The notes under the pieces were generated by a model. The model was not told where the DNA came from. It saw nothing but the letters and a program-made list of their open reading frames with translations, and did not search any database. A program made the position numbers and the translations under genes. Below are positions 10,210-19,042 of a DNA stretch of 64,000 nt, one piece after another. Each line of letters starts with the position of its first letter. Within the stretch, counting starts at the first letter, position 1. The stretch is taken from assembly GCA_964547485.1 (NCBI GenBank), contig CAZJNU010000003.1, positions 18,752 to 82,751 of the forward strand, read 5' to 3'. Origin of the DNA: an uncultured Actinomycetes bacterium. Its GTDB lineage: Bacteria; Actinomycetota; Actinomycetes; S36-B12; UBA10799.

Positions 10210-10997
10210 CTGGTCACCTTCTTTCCCCGCAGCACCGCCGGCACATTCAAGTCAATCCGTATCCCCCGACCCGGCACAATCTTTGGAACAGCACCGCGGG
10301 CGACAAGCGGCAACGAGGAATGCCGCCGCTGGTCAAACATCGTGAAACTCTGAGGATGCGCTGGCACGCCGGTGAATGAGTAGCGTCCCTTCGCATCCGT
10401 CGTCGTCTGCGCACAATCCAGGAACGACCCGCCGCATCGGCGAATCGTCACCTTCGCCGCCGGCAACCGTCCCCGCGTTACGGTGCCGGTGATGGACGCC
10501 GACGGCCGAAGGCGGAAATCCACGCGGGCGGGCGCCCGGGACAACGTCACAACCCTGGCTTGCGTGAACACCACCGCGCCACCCGACCACACCGGAGCCC
10601 ATGGAGCCGTGCGCACCCGAACCGGCGACACCTTCAATCGATAGGGCCCCAACTGCATATTCGCCATCGAGTACACCCCCCTGGGACCGGTAAGGGCGTC
10701 CGCCATGAAGTTGCCATCGCTGTCAAACGCCTCGACCCGGTACCCCACGACTCCGGCGCTTGCCGGGTTCAGGACCCGACCTGTCAACGATGTTGACGAT
10801 TTGGCCTGCGCCCGCACTCTCCCCGCCCCCAATTCGGCCGCCCACACCTCCGGATCCGCCTGCGTCACAGTCGGGCCAGAGCCTCCGCCAACAGCTTCGG
10901 ACGACGCCGCAGCCACTGCAACCAGCCCTGAAACCGCAACCGCAACTCCTGCTGCAACCGCAACACTTCTGCCATCCACAACAGCCACCTCCCTCAC
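10206..10997 (-). CDS. Secreted protein with tandem carboxypeptidase-regulatory-like (Cna-B/prealbumin-type) domains
   Basis: Signal-like N-terminus and two repeats of the type SLTGRV...TGPRGVYS..L.LGPY and SITGTV...TTTDAKGRYSFTGVP. Confidence 0.75.
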   Translation of the reverse strand: MREVAVVDGRSVAVAAGVAVAVSGLVAVAAASSEAVGGGSGPTVTQADPEVWAAELGAGRVRAQAKSSTSLTGRVLNPASAGVVGYRVEAFDSDGNFMADALTGPRGVYSMANMQLGPYRLKVSPVRVRTAPWAPVWSGGAVVFTQARVVTLSRAPARVDFRLRPSASITGTVTRGRLPAAKVTIRRCGGSFLDCAQTTTDAKGRYSFTGVPAHPQSFTMFDQRRHSSLPLVARGAVPKIVPGRGIRIDLNVPAVLRGKKVTR

Positions 10998-11525
10998 GTG
11001 TGCCCATGACGCTCATCGGAACTCACACCTTGCGTCAGGCCAACGGGTCATAACACTACGGTGCCGTAGCGTTATCGTCAATCATGCGACGAGGCCTCGC
11101 TGTACGACATCTGGACCAGGTAGCCGCAGCGCTGAGGGACATTTTGGCTGCTGGCCTGTGCAGGGATCCGCTCAGCAGGTGGAGTTCATTCGCTGGGAGG
11201 GGTGCCAGTACATGTCCTTGTAGCCCGTGGCAATGTGAAGAGCCCACTGGTCCGCGGCGCTTTGGCACTGGAGACTTGTTCCGGAATCGAACCATGCCCC
11301 AGGGAAGGCAGTGTCGGTGCCGGCCATGATGATGTCAGGGTTCGCCTCCGACCGCGACCCGCGACGGCCGCTTTCACCGAAGTGCATACCTCCAACAGCT
11401 GTCCCGCCTGCGTCGCCAGTTGCAGCGGCGACCCCGTCGTCTCGACCGGGACGGGCGCAATCGGCACCAAGAGCCCGGCGCGGTTAGGTTTGGGAGTTGA
11501 GCATGTCTGCAACTTGGAGGCGACT

Positions 11526-13142
11526 ATGCGCCAGCTCGCAAGTTCGCGAATCCCACCACTCTTCGCGGCAACGATGGTGATGCTGGCCGTGACCAGCTGT
11601 GGCGATTCCACTGGTCCAACGGTGTCGTCCTCGGCTTCGCCAGCGACACCGGCCGCCGCTGCCGACCCGCTGTCGTGGTCAGCGGTGGACATTCCAAGTT
11701 CCCGCATCGACGCAGCGATCGACAGTCTCGACGGCATTGCCGAGAAGACCATGAAGGAGACGGGCATCCCCGGCATGTCGATCGCCGTTGTCCGTAACGG
11801 CGAGGTCGTCTACGCCAAGGGCCTCGGAGTTCGCAAGGTGGGCACCACGGATGGCGTCAACGCCGACACCATCTTTCAGGTGGCCTCCGTATCGAAGCCC
11901 ATCGGCGCCAGCGTGGTCGCCTCAGTCGTCGGCACCGGCAAAGTGGCCTGGACCGATCCGGTCAGCAAGTACCTTCCTGACTTCGCACTGTCGGACCCGT
12001 ACGTGACCAAGAACGCCACAATCGGAGACCTGTACGCGATGCGATCCGGGCTGCCTGCTGAGGCTGGCGACACCCTGGAGTGGATGGGCTACAACCGGGA
12101 ACAGGTACTGCAACGACTGCGATACCTGCCGCTGACGCCTTTCCGAGCCGAGTACCACTACACGAACTTCGGCCTCACCGCAGGCGCCCAGGCAGTCGCC
12201 AACGCAGTCGGCACCCCATGGGAAGCGCTATCCAAGCAGCGGCTGTACGAACCACTCGGGATGACGCGCACCAGCTCGAATTACGCGGAGTTCCTGACGT
12301 CCGACAATCGGGCGACCTTGCACAGCAAAGTAAACGGGGAGTACGGGGCCCACGAGATCCGCGACCCGCAGGCACAATCCCCCGCGGGCGGCGTGAGTAC
12401 CAGCGCCAATGACATGGCCAAGTGGATGATCATGGAGCTCGGTCAGGGCAAGTACCAGGGCAAGCAGGTGGTGTCCGCGGAGGCGCTACAGGAGTCGCTG
12501 GTACCGCGGATGACCACTCGGGCGGCGACTGAGCCGACGCAGCGATCCGGCCAGATCGGCTACGGAATCCTCGTCGACACGGACAGCACCGGTCGGATCC
12601 GATACTCCTTCAGCGGCGCCTTCGATGTCGGTGCCGCCACAACCTTCACGCTGTTGCCATCGGAGAACCTCGGGATCTCGGTGTTCACCAACGCGGCCCC
12701 GATCGGCGCCGCCGAGGCAGTCAGCTATGAATTCCTGGACCGGGCGGAAATCGGGAGCAGCAGCCAGGATTGGCTGGCGGTGATGGGGAAGGTGTACGAA
12801 TCCATGGACAGCATGCCGACGCCACCGCCTCCACCTGCTGCACCGGCTCCACCCGCGCCGCTCACCGACTACACCGGCGTCTACACCAACACCTTCTACG
12901 GTCCGGCGACGGTCACGGTTGAAGGAGCGGGTTTGGTTGCGAAGTTCGGGCCGGCTGCTCGCAGCTTCCCGTTGCGCCCCTACGACGGCAACACGTTCTC
13001 CGCACAAGTCCCCTATTCGGACGTCTGGCTACCTTCAGTCACCTTCACCGCGCCCGCGGGGGGTCCGGCCACCAGCGTGAAGTTCGATCAGTTCGGCGAC
13101 GCGGGTCAGGGCACCTTCACCCGCGCGGCACCGTCTCCGTGA
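11526..13142 (+). CDS. Serine hydrolase lipoprotein (class C beta-lactamase/PBP-like, with C-terminal DUF3471-like domain)
   Basis: Lipobox LAVTSC, SxxK (SVSK), YxN (YTN). ATG 11526 follows GGAGG, so the track start 11202 is too early. Confidence 0.88.
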   Translation: MRQLASSRIPPLFAATMVMLAVTSCGDSTGPTVSSSASPATPAAAADPLSWSAVDIPSSRIDAAIDSLDGIAEKTMKETGIPGMSIAVVRNGEVVYAKGLGVRKVGTTDGVNADTIFQVASVSKPIGASVVASVVGTGKVAWTDPVSKYLPDFALSDPYVTKNATIGDLYAMRSGLPAEAGDTLEWMGYNREQVLQRLRYLPLTPFRAEYHYTNFGLTAGAQAVANAVGTPWEALSKQRLYEPLGMTRTSSNYAEFLTSDNRATLHSKVNGEYGAHEIRDPQAQSPAGGVSTSANDMAKWMIMELGQGKYQGKQVVSAEALQESLVPRMTTRAATEPTQRSGQIGYGILVDTDSTGRIRYSFSGAFDVGAATTFTLLPSENLGISVFTNAAPIGAAEAVSYEFLDRAEIGSSSQDWLAVMGKVYESMDSMPTPPPPPAAPAPPAPLTDYTGVYTNTFYGPATVTVEGAGLVAKFGPAARSFPLRPYDGNTFSAQVPYSDVWLPSVTFTAPAGGPATSVKFDQFGDAGQGTFTRAAPSP

Positions 13143-13302
13143 CCGCCGCCATCAAGATGACAGCGGTGGCGGAGCGAAGTCCCCTTGAAGACGCGAGTTC
13201 GCCGACGGGCTGAGCCGGGCGCCTGACACCGCAACGCCGTTCCCCTGAATCCGCAGAACGCAGGAACTAGCGTGACTACCGGAAGCGAGGGGAGAAACGG
13301 CC

Positions 13303-14163
13303 ATGGACACGATCGTCGAGTGGGCGCAGGTGGCCGTCTCCTGGCTGCTGGTGCAGTTCGTCGACTTCTACGCGGCCATCTTCGGCCTGGCCAGTGGTCA
13401 TACCTGGACGCTCGCCTTCGTCTCAATGGCCCTGCTGGTGACCGTGCTGCTGGCCTATCCGACGCGACGCCAACTCGAGATGCAGAGGCTCACCTGGGAG
13501 ATCACCCCGGTCACGATGAAAGTCGCGAAGGCGTACAAACACGACAAGGCCAAGGGGAACGCGGAACGCCGCCGGATCCAGCGGCACTTCGGCTTCAGCA
13601 TTTGGTGGCAACTGGTGCCGACGTTCCTATCTCTTGCGGTGTTCCTCGCTCTCAACTCGGTGGTTGAGGGCCTGGCGACTGACTCTGCCGAGGGTGTCTT
13701 CACCTGGACGCAGTATGAGGGTTATGTGGACGCCGCACAGAAGGCCACCTTCCTGGGGGTGCCGTACCCAACCGGGCTGCAGACGATCGGGCAAAGCCCG
13801 ACGCCGTGGCTGTCCGTCGTGGTGATCTTGGCGCTGTTGGCGCTGATGATCCCTGTGAACGCGACCCTGCAACGGCAGATCAATGGACCGCTCGCCACGA
13901 ACAAGTGGATGCGCCGGCAGCAACGAATCTCGCTGTACGCGCAGCCATTCGTTCTGCTGATGCTGGTCGTCGCTTTCAACGTGGCTGTGGGAGTGATGGT
14001 GTTCCAACTCGCCGGTGACCTGTTCTCCCTGGGTATCCAGACGTGGCTCCTGCGTCGTCGCCCGATACCCCCGATCGATACCGAATGGCTGAATCGCGTG
14101 GTTGCCGAGCTACCTGATGCCAGCTCAGGTGTTGGTGGCGATCGCACTGGAGGAGGTCAATAG
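13303..14163 (+). CDS. Divergent YidC/Oxa1 family membrane insertase paralog
   Basis: W..A...L..LL..P..RQ...QR....I.P....V.K.YK.DK.K...E amphipathic hairpin, ATFLGVP, and five TM segments ending GVMVF...LFSLGIQ. Confidence 0.75.
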   Translation: MDTIVEWAQVAVSWLLVQFVDFYAAIFGLASGHTWTLAFVSMALLVTVLLAYPTRRQLEMQRLTWEITPVTMKVAKAYKHDKAKGNAERRRIQRHFGFSIWWQLVPTFLSLAVFLALNSVVEGLATDSAEGVFTWTQYEGYVDAAQKATFLGVPYPTGLQTIGQSPTPWLSVVVILALLALMIPVNATLQRQINGPLATNKWMRRQQRISLYAQPFVLLMLVVAFNVAVGVMVFQLAGDLFSLGIQTWLLRRRPIPPIDTEWLNRVVAELPDASSGVGGDRTGGGQ

Positions 14164-14173
14164 TCAAGGCGTT

Positions 14174-14217
14174 CCATGTCAGGTTTCTGCGCGGCCCATC
14201 TCAGGTTTCTGCGCGGC
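14174..14217 (+). repeat. 22-bp tandem direct repeat (2 copies, 1 mismatch)
   Basis: ccatgtcaggtttctgcgcggc / ccatctcaggtttctgcgcggc. Confidence 0.9.
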
Positions 14218-14290
14218 TGAATTCGACTGAGCCGGGTCCGGCGTGTCAACAGCCTTCTCGATGCGCTCGGCTGAACGCTGCTCACCCGAT

Positions 14291-14833
14291 CTAGGAACCG
14301 AAAGGCAGCGAGAACCTCTGCCGCCAACCCATGCCGGTGAGCAGGAACACGCTGACCTCGGTCAGCCGTGCACCGATAGGAAGTAGCGGTTCAAGTTCGT
14401 CCGCAATCTGGCGCACCGAGGCGTCGTCATCCCTGTGTACAAGCGTCAGGTGCGGAACGATGTCGACGTGATTACCTGCGTAGGGCCGCAATTGCGGCCA
14501 GATCTCGGTGACCCGTTCAGTCAGGACTCGTACCTTGTCCGCGGGGGACGGGGCGAGGTAGACAACGCCGGGAAACGTCGCGATCGAAGTGAACGAGACG
14601 TCGAATTTGCGCGTTCGCCCACACAGATCGGCAAGCTGGGAACGAACCTCAACCGTCACCTCCGAGCTGTTCAAAAAGGGGTACATGACAGTGAGGTGGG
14701 CGGGCATTCGCCCTGAAGTCGGACGATCGGGTCGATCGCGCCAGCGAGCGACGATGGGTTGCAGCGCAGGCACCGGGATGACGAGGGCGCACGTTAAGCC
14801 TCCGATGGTTTCACGTGCGATCCGGTGCTCCAC
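14291..14833 (-). CDS. 2H phosphoesterase (2'-5' RNA ligase family)
   Basis: Two HxT motifs: PAHLTV and PHLTL. Confidence 0.88.
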   Translation of the reverse strand: MEHRIARETIGGLTCALVIPVPALQPIVARWRDRPDRPTSGRMPAHLTVMYPFLNSSEVTVEVRSQLADLCGRTRKFDVSFTSIATFPGVVYLAPSPADKVRVLTERVTEIWPQLRPYAGNHVDIVPHLTLVHRDDDASVRQIADELEPLLPIGARLTEVSVFLLTGMGWRQRFSLPFGS

Positions 14834-14862
14834 GCTCTTACCCTCGCAGGTGACTGGGCTGC

Positions 14863-15009
14863 CTACTCATACGTGATTGCGCGCAGCACATCGAGTCGGG
14901 CGGGCTGGCGCGCCGGCAATGCGGCGGCCACCACTCCCGCAATCGCTGCGACAAGGATCCAACCGGCCATCTGGCCGATGGGTAGCGAGAAGGTGGCGAA
15001 GCGTCCTAC
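14863..15009 (-). pseudogene. C-terminal remnant of an FtsX-type ABC permease
   Basis: Manual translation FATFSLPIGQMAGWILVAAIAGVVAAALPARQPARLDVLRAITYE*, the typical FtsX permease end. An in-frame stop lies just upstream. Confidence 0.6.
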
Positions 15010-15476
15010 TCAGAGGCTAGGACGGACGAGTCGGACTCTGTCGAATTCGGACCGGTTCGGACCTGGATCCGCGCCGGACGATGGGCTGCGACCAGGGCAG
15101 ACAACTTGATCCGCAGGATGCCTTCCTGACAGTCGGCCTCGACAGCATCGGCGTCGATTCGCGTCCCGAGTTTGAATTCTCGTCGGAAGGTGCCCGAGCG
15201 CATCTCGTTGACTACGACCTTCTTCTCCTCACCGACATCGGTCATATCGCGCCGACCCGACACGACCAGCGTGTCGTCGAGAACCTCGACCGCGATGTCC
15301 TCGGGCTTCGTACCGCGCACCTCCACGTCGACGTAGACGTCGTCGCCGTCCTGGACGAAGCGAGCCGCCGGTGTCCAGGCGACAGCGAGTTGGTTTCCGA
15401 AGGCGTCACGGATCATGGCGTCGAATTGTGAGTCGAGCCGGTTGCGACGGACGGCGAACTGGGGGTGCATTGCCAT
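15006..15476 (-). CDS. Hsp20/alpha-crystallin small heat-shock protein
   Basis: VDVEVRGTKPEDIAVEVLDDTLVVSG...E.RSGTFRREFKL...IDADAVEADCQEGILRI. The likely start is ATG 15476. Confidence 0.9.
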   Translation of the reverse strand: MAMHPQFAVRRNRLDSQFDAMIRDAFGNQLAVAWTPAARFVQDGDDVYVDVEVRGTKPEDIAVEVLDDTLVVSGRRDMTDVGEEKKVVVNEMRSGTFRREFKLGTRIDADAVEADCQEGILRIKLSALVAAHRPARIQVRTGPNSTESDSSVLASE

Positions 15477-15497
15477 GTTTGGATCTCCTCTCAATGG

Positions 15498-15524
15498 TTG
15501 GCACTCTGTGCCTGAGAGTGCTAA
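15498..15524 (-). promoter_or_regulatory. CIRCE element (HrcA operator)
   Basis: Minus strand TTAGCACTC-N9-GAGTGCCAA, one mismatch from the TTAGCACTC-N9-GAGTGCTAA consensus, 21 nt upstream of the hsp20 ATG. Confidence 0.9.
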
Positions 15525-15805
15525 CACAGGCGCATTTCGTCGGCATTTCTGCCTCTGATGCGGGCACGACCCTTGTTCGCTGACAGCGAACATGTTCCCG
15601 CTAATGGGGGATACCGCGCAACGAAATTTTGTGATTCAAGGACGCTGGGCAGACAATAGTCACGATGTTGGGTCCCGGCGAGAAGAATCTTGCGGATCCT
15701 TGTGAGCGTGGGGATCGCCGCCACGAGCGTGGGGACGCAGAGTGGCGACGCGGACAAAGGCCAGAACAGGTGCTGCACGAGACAGCGGCCAATGCGAAAC
15801 GGGAG

Positions 15806-17995
15806 ATGACAACGGGTATGACCCACAGCAGTAGGAAGTTCAACAACGCAGGGAAAGCCTCTCTAGGGGTGCTGACAGCGATCGCGTTGGCCGGCACGGG
15901 ACTGCTCAGTCTCAGCCCCGCAGCTGCGGCCGACGACATCGTCTTGACGTGGCGCGTCACAGACTCCTGGACCGGCGGCGCGACCGTTGACGCCACACTC
16001 AGCAACCGTTCGGCTGCTGCCGTGTCCACCTGGAGCGTCGCCATCAGCGGAGGTCCGCAGTTCGTCTCCGCCTGGAATGCGACACGTTCCTCAGCCACCA
16101 CCGTCACCGCGCCAGGCTGGGCCAGCAACCTGCCCGCAGGGTCGTCGGTGGCGTTCGGCGCATCGATGAACTCCAATGCTGCGCCCACCGGCTGCAGCGT
16201 TCCGGGGCACGTGTGCCGGGTCGTCAGCACTGCCCCCACGCCCACGCCCACGCCGACCACCACTCCGGCTCCGACGCCCACGCAGACCCCCACCCCCACG
16301 CCCATGCCAACTCAGCCTCAGCCCGGCCCCGGGAACCTGCCGACACCGGTTCATTTCACTCCCACAAGCACCGCGAGCGGCACGTTGACCTATCACACCG
16401 CGTTGCCCTATCCGACCGGCACGAACGACAAGTTGGTGCTGTCGTCGAACTACACCGACCTGATCATCAGCAACTACGTCTCGGGCGCACTGCTGGCCAA
16501 GCTCTTGCGCGACAAGGAGCCCGGCCTGGCGCTCAACCGTGACTACATCTACGGCACCATGTTCGCCCAACTCCTGCAGGAGAACATCAACACGGGCGGC
16601 TACAACGCCACGACCGACTGGATCAACCCGACCGCAACCGAACGGACCCAGCTGCTGGCCTCAGGGCAGGGCGGCCCCTATCAGATCAACGACTACTCGA
16701 AGCGGTTGGAGACGCCAGCGGGGATCGGACTGATCAACTACGTCGCCCTCCAGAAGGGACTGGGCTACACCGTCGAGGATCAGGACAGCGGAAAGCAGAC
16801 GGCCAGCGTCGGTCCGTCCTCGCTGGACGAGAAGTACTTCGGTCCGATGGCCGCGGCCTACTTCCACCTCAACGACACCAACCGGCTGGCGATGAACAAT
16901 GCCGATTCCTGGGGTCCGCAATACGCCACGTATGGGCAGTGCATGACCAACCTGAAGAATGCCAAGTCCGAGCAGGCACCGTTCAACAACTACGACATGA
17001 TCCTCAACGCCGCCTACAACGCCGGCACCTACTCAAGGATCCTGGGCGACTACTTCAGGATCTGCGCCGGCCAATTCGGTACCGGCGCGGCGGCCACTCA
17101 GGTGAAGTCCCTGGCCGACTACTCGCTGAGCGACAAGGACTACCAGGCGGCCATCGGAACGGCGGAATCGGTGGGCTCGACCTTCATCCTCTACCCCCGA
17201 CAGGTGCGGCTGTACCTGGACCAGATGTACAACCAGAGTTCCTTCCCCTCCCCCGCCATCACGGGCGACACGAAGATCGATCTCTCGGTGACCGACATCC
17301 GCTACGTGTTTGCCAACGCCATGGGAACGCTCGCCTATCAAGGACCCAACAGCAGTTACTCCTACGTGGCGCTGGCCGATAGCAATGCAGCATTCCAGTC
17401 GGCGCTCACCGCAACCGGACTGACGTCCAGCTCCCGGCTGAACATCTCGACTGCCGCTGGACGGACCGCGTTCTTCAACCTGCTGGATGCAGCCATCGCC
17501 AATCTGTCGAGCCGGGTGGGTAGCAACTTCGGCGGCGTCACGCAGACAACGATCAACGGACCCACTCCGACTCCAACCCCGACGCCGACACCCACCCCGA
17601 CGCCCACGCCCACGCCCACCCCCACGCCGACGCCCACCCCGACGCCCACCCCGACGCCGACCTCGAACGGCGCAATCGGCGTGAGGCTGACCAACGTGTC
17701 CGATTGGGGCACTGGCCGGACCATGGACGTTGCCGTGACCAACACCGGTGGGACTGCGTCGACCTCATGGACGGTGTCCTTCGCTTGGCCGCGAGACATC
17801 TCACCGTGGAATGCCACCCGGCTGTCCTATGCCGGTGGACGAGTCACCCTGGGCAACGCTGCATGGAACGGAACATTGGCGCGCGGAGCGTCCACCACGT
17901 TCGGGTTCTCCGACTCGTCACCCAGTCAGCCGAAGCCGACCAGTTGCACCGCGACCATGAACGGCACCCCGGTGGCCTGCACCCTCACGCCGTAG
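15806..17995 (+). CDS. Secreted CBM2-(PT)n-lysozyme-like catalytic domain-(PT)n-CBM2 protein, putative chitinase/glycosidase
   Basis: Signal peptide and two CBM2 domains (DSWTGG..SAWNA..WASNL..FG..C; SDWGTG..PWNA..WNGTL..FGF..C). The central domain has QLLQEN, GPYQIN and AAYNAG. Start at 15806 or 15818. Confidence 0.75.
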   Translation: MTTGMTHSSRKFNNAGKASLGVLTAIALAGTGLLSLSPAAAADDIVLTWRVTDSWTGGATVDATLSNRSAAAVSTWSVAISGGPQFVSAWNATRSSATTVTAPGWASNLPAGSSVAFGASMNSNAAPTGCSVPGHVCRVVSTAPTPTPTPTTTPAPTPTQTPTPTPMPTQPQPGPGNLPTPVHFTPTSTASGTLTYHTALPYPTGTNDKLVLSSNYTDLIISNYVSGALLAKLLRDKEPGLALNRDYIYGTMFAQLLQENINTGGYNATTDWINPTATERTQLLASGQGGPYQINDYSKRLETPAGIGLINYVALQKGLGYTVEDQDSGKQTASVGPSSLDEKYFGPMAAAYFHLNDTNRLAMNNADSWGPQYATYGQCMTNLKNAKSEQAPFNNYDMILNAAYNAGTYSRILGDYFRICAGQFGTGAAATQVKSLADYSLSDKDYQAAIGTAESVGSTFILYPRQVRLYLDQMYNQSSFPSPAITGDTKIDLSVTDIRYVFANAMGTLAYQGPNSSYSYVALADSNAAFQSALTATGLTSSSRLNISTAAGRTAFFNLLDAAIANLSSRVGSNFGGVTQTTINGPTPTPTPTPTPTPTPTPTPTPTPTPTPTPTPTPTSNGAIGVRLTNVSDWGTGRTMDVAVTNTGGTASTSWTVSFAWPRDISPWNATRLSYAGGRVTLGNAAWNGTLARGASTTFGFSDSSPSQPKPTSCTATMNGTPVACTLTP
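16234..16315 (+). repeat. Pro-Thr linker repeat
   Basis: Encodes APTPTPTPTTTPAPTPTQTPTPTPMP. Confidence 0.85.
17561..17661 (+). repeat. Pro-Thr linker repeat, about 16 PT units
   Basis: Synonymously varied CCN-ACN hexamers. Confidence 0.9.
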
Positions 17996-18139
17996 CCGAG
18001 GGACCCCCTAAGGCGCGGCAACTGGTGAGGTGAGCGCGTCTACCACGCTCTCTCTGACCTAACTCGCCACCTCGGTAGCCTGACAAACCAGCCTGACTGC
18101 CGCCTGGCAAGTAGCCTCGCGGGGTGCACCACCCCTAGC

Positions 18140-18862
18140 ATGGAGTGCATGGCACAGCCTGAATCGCAAGCCGAACCGACCGAGAAGATCAAAGTCAAAG
18201 GCGTTTCGCCACTGATGATCTTCTACGGCTTCATTCCGTACATCATCATGTCGCTGTTCTCAGGACCGAACACTTTCCTGCTCGTCACCTCGATCTCCGT
18301 TCTGATGTCGGCGGCCTGGATGGTCTTCGGCCTGTTGCAGCACCGTGGCTTGCACCAACTCTCCACGGTGGGCACCATCGTGTTCGGGTCGATGCTGCTG
18401 CTGGCGTTCGTCAACCCTGCCTGGGACGCCTGGATTCGAAACTGGTCAGGCACCATCGCCGAGATCTCGCTGGTGTTGACGGCATTCATCGGCATCCTGG
18501 TGAAGAAGCCGTTCACCCTGTACTACGCCAAGCTCAGCGTCGACCAAGTCCAGTGGGAGAACAACCCCCTGTTCCGAGCCGGCGTCGTCAAGGTGAGCCA
18601 GACGATCACGGCGGTCTGGGGATTGTCCTTCCTCGTCGGAGTGGCCTGCGACTTCGCCCCCGGTGACCTCAAGAACAACATCATCTTCACCTGGATCATC
18701 CCGCTGCTTGCCATGTTCGGAGCCATCAGATTCACCACGTGGTACCCCGAATACCGTCGACAGAAGGCCTACGCCGAGCACCCGGAAATCGTCGAGCAAC
18801 ACCGCGCCATCGCCGAGCAGGCTCAGGCTGCGGCGACCGAGGAGCCCGACACCTCGAAGTAG
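18140..18862 (+). CDS. Membrane protein of unknown function
   Basis: 240 aa with about six hydrophobic segments and KKPFTLYYAK. Strong C/G third-position bias. Confidence 0.75.
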   Translation: MECMAQPESQAEPTEKIKVKGVSPLMIFYGFIPYIIMSLFSGPNTFLLVTSISVLMSAAWMVFGLLQHRGLHQLSTVGTIVFGSMLLLAFVNPAWDAWIRNWSGTIAEISLVLTAFIGILVKKPFTLYYAKLSVDQVQWENNPLFRAGVVKVSQTITAVWGLSFLVGVACDFAPGDLKNNIIFTWIIPLLAMFGAIRFTTWYPEYRRQKAYAEHPEIVEQHRAIAEQAQAAATEEPDTSK

Positions 18863-19042
18863 TGCCGAGGATCGCGCCGGGTCCGCGATGGTTCGGTGTC
18901 ACTGGGGCAGGTCGACGTGCTGCTTGACAGGCGAACCCCGAACTTCTGCTGCTACCGTCTGCGCCTACACCGTCGGAATGACCTTCCGGTCGTTCTGCGT
19001 GCTAGATGCTAGATCGGCCCAATCGGAGGCAACCGAATGCCA

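Noticed and set aside
11172-11387. 71-aa protein-like ORF (NPDIIMAGTDTAFPGAWFD...)
   Set aside because: It may be a gene fragment, but no family is recognised and there is no good start or RBS.
16234-17661. Repeat arrays as CRISPR or VNTR
   Set aside because: In-frame Pro-Thr linkers with synonymous variation and no spacers. No CRISPR array or cas gene was seen in the window.
18924-18958. Sigma70 promoter TTGACA...TACCGT upstream of scnBA
   Set aside because: The spacing is 23 nt, not about 17.
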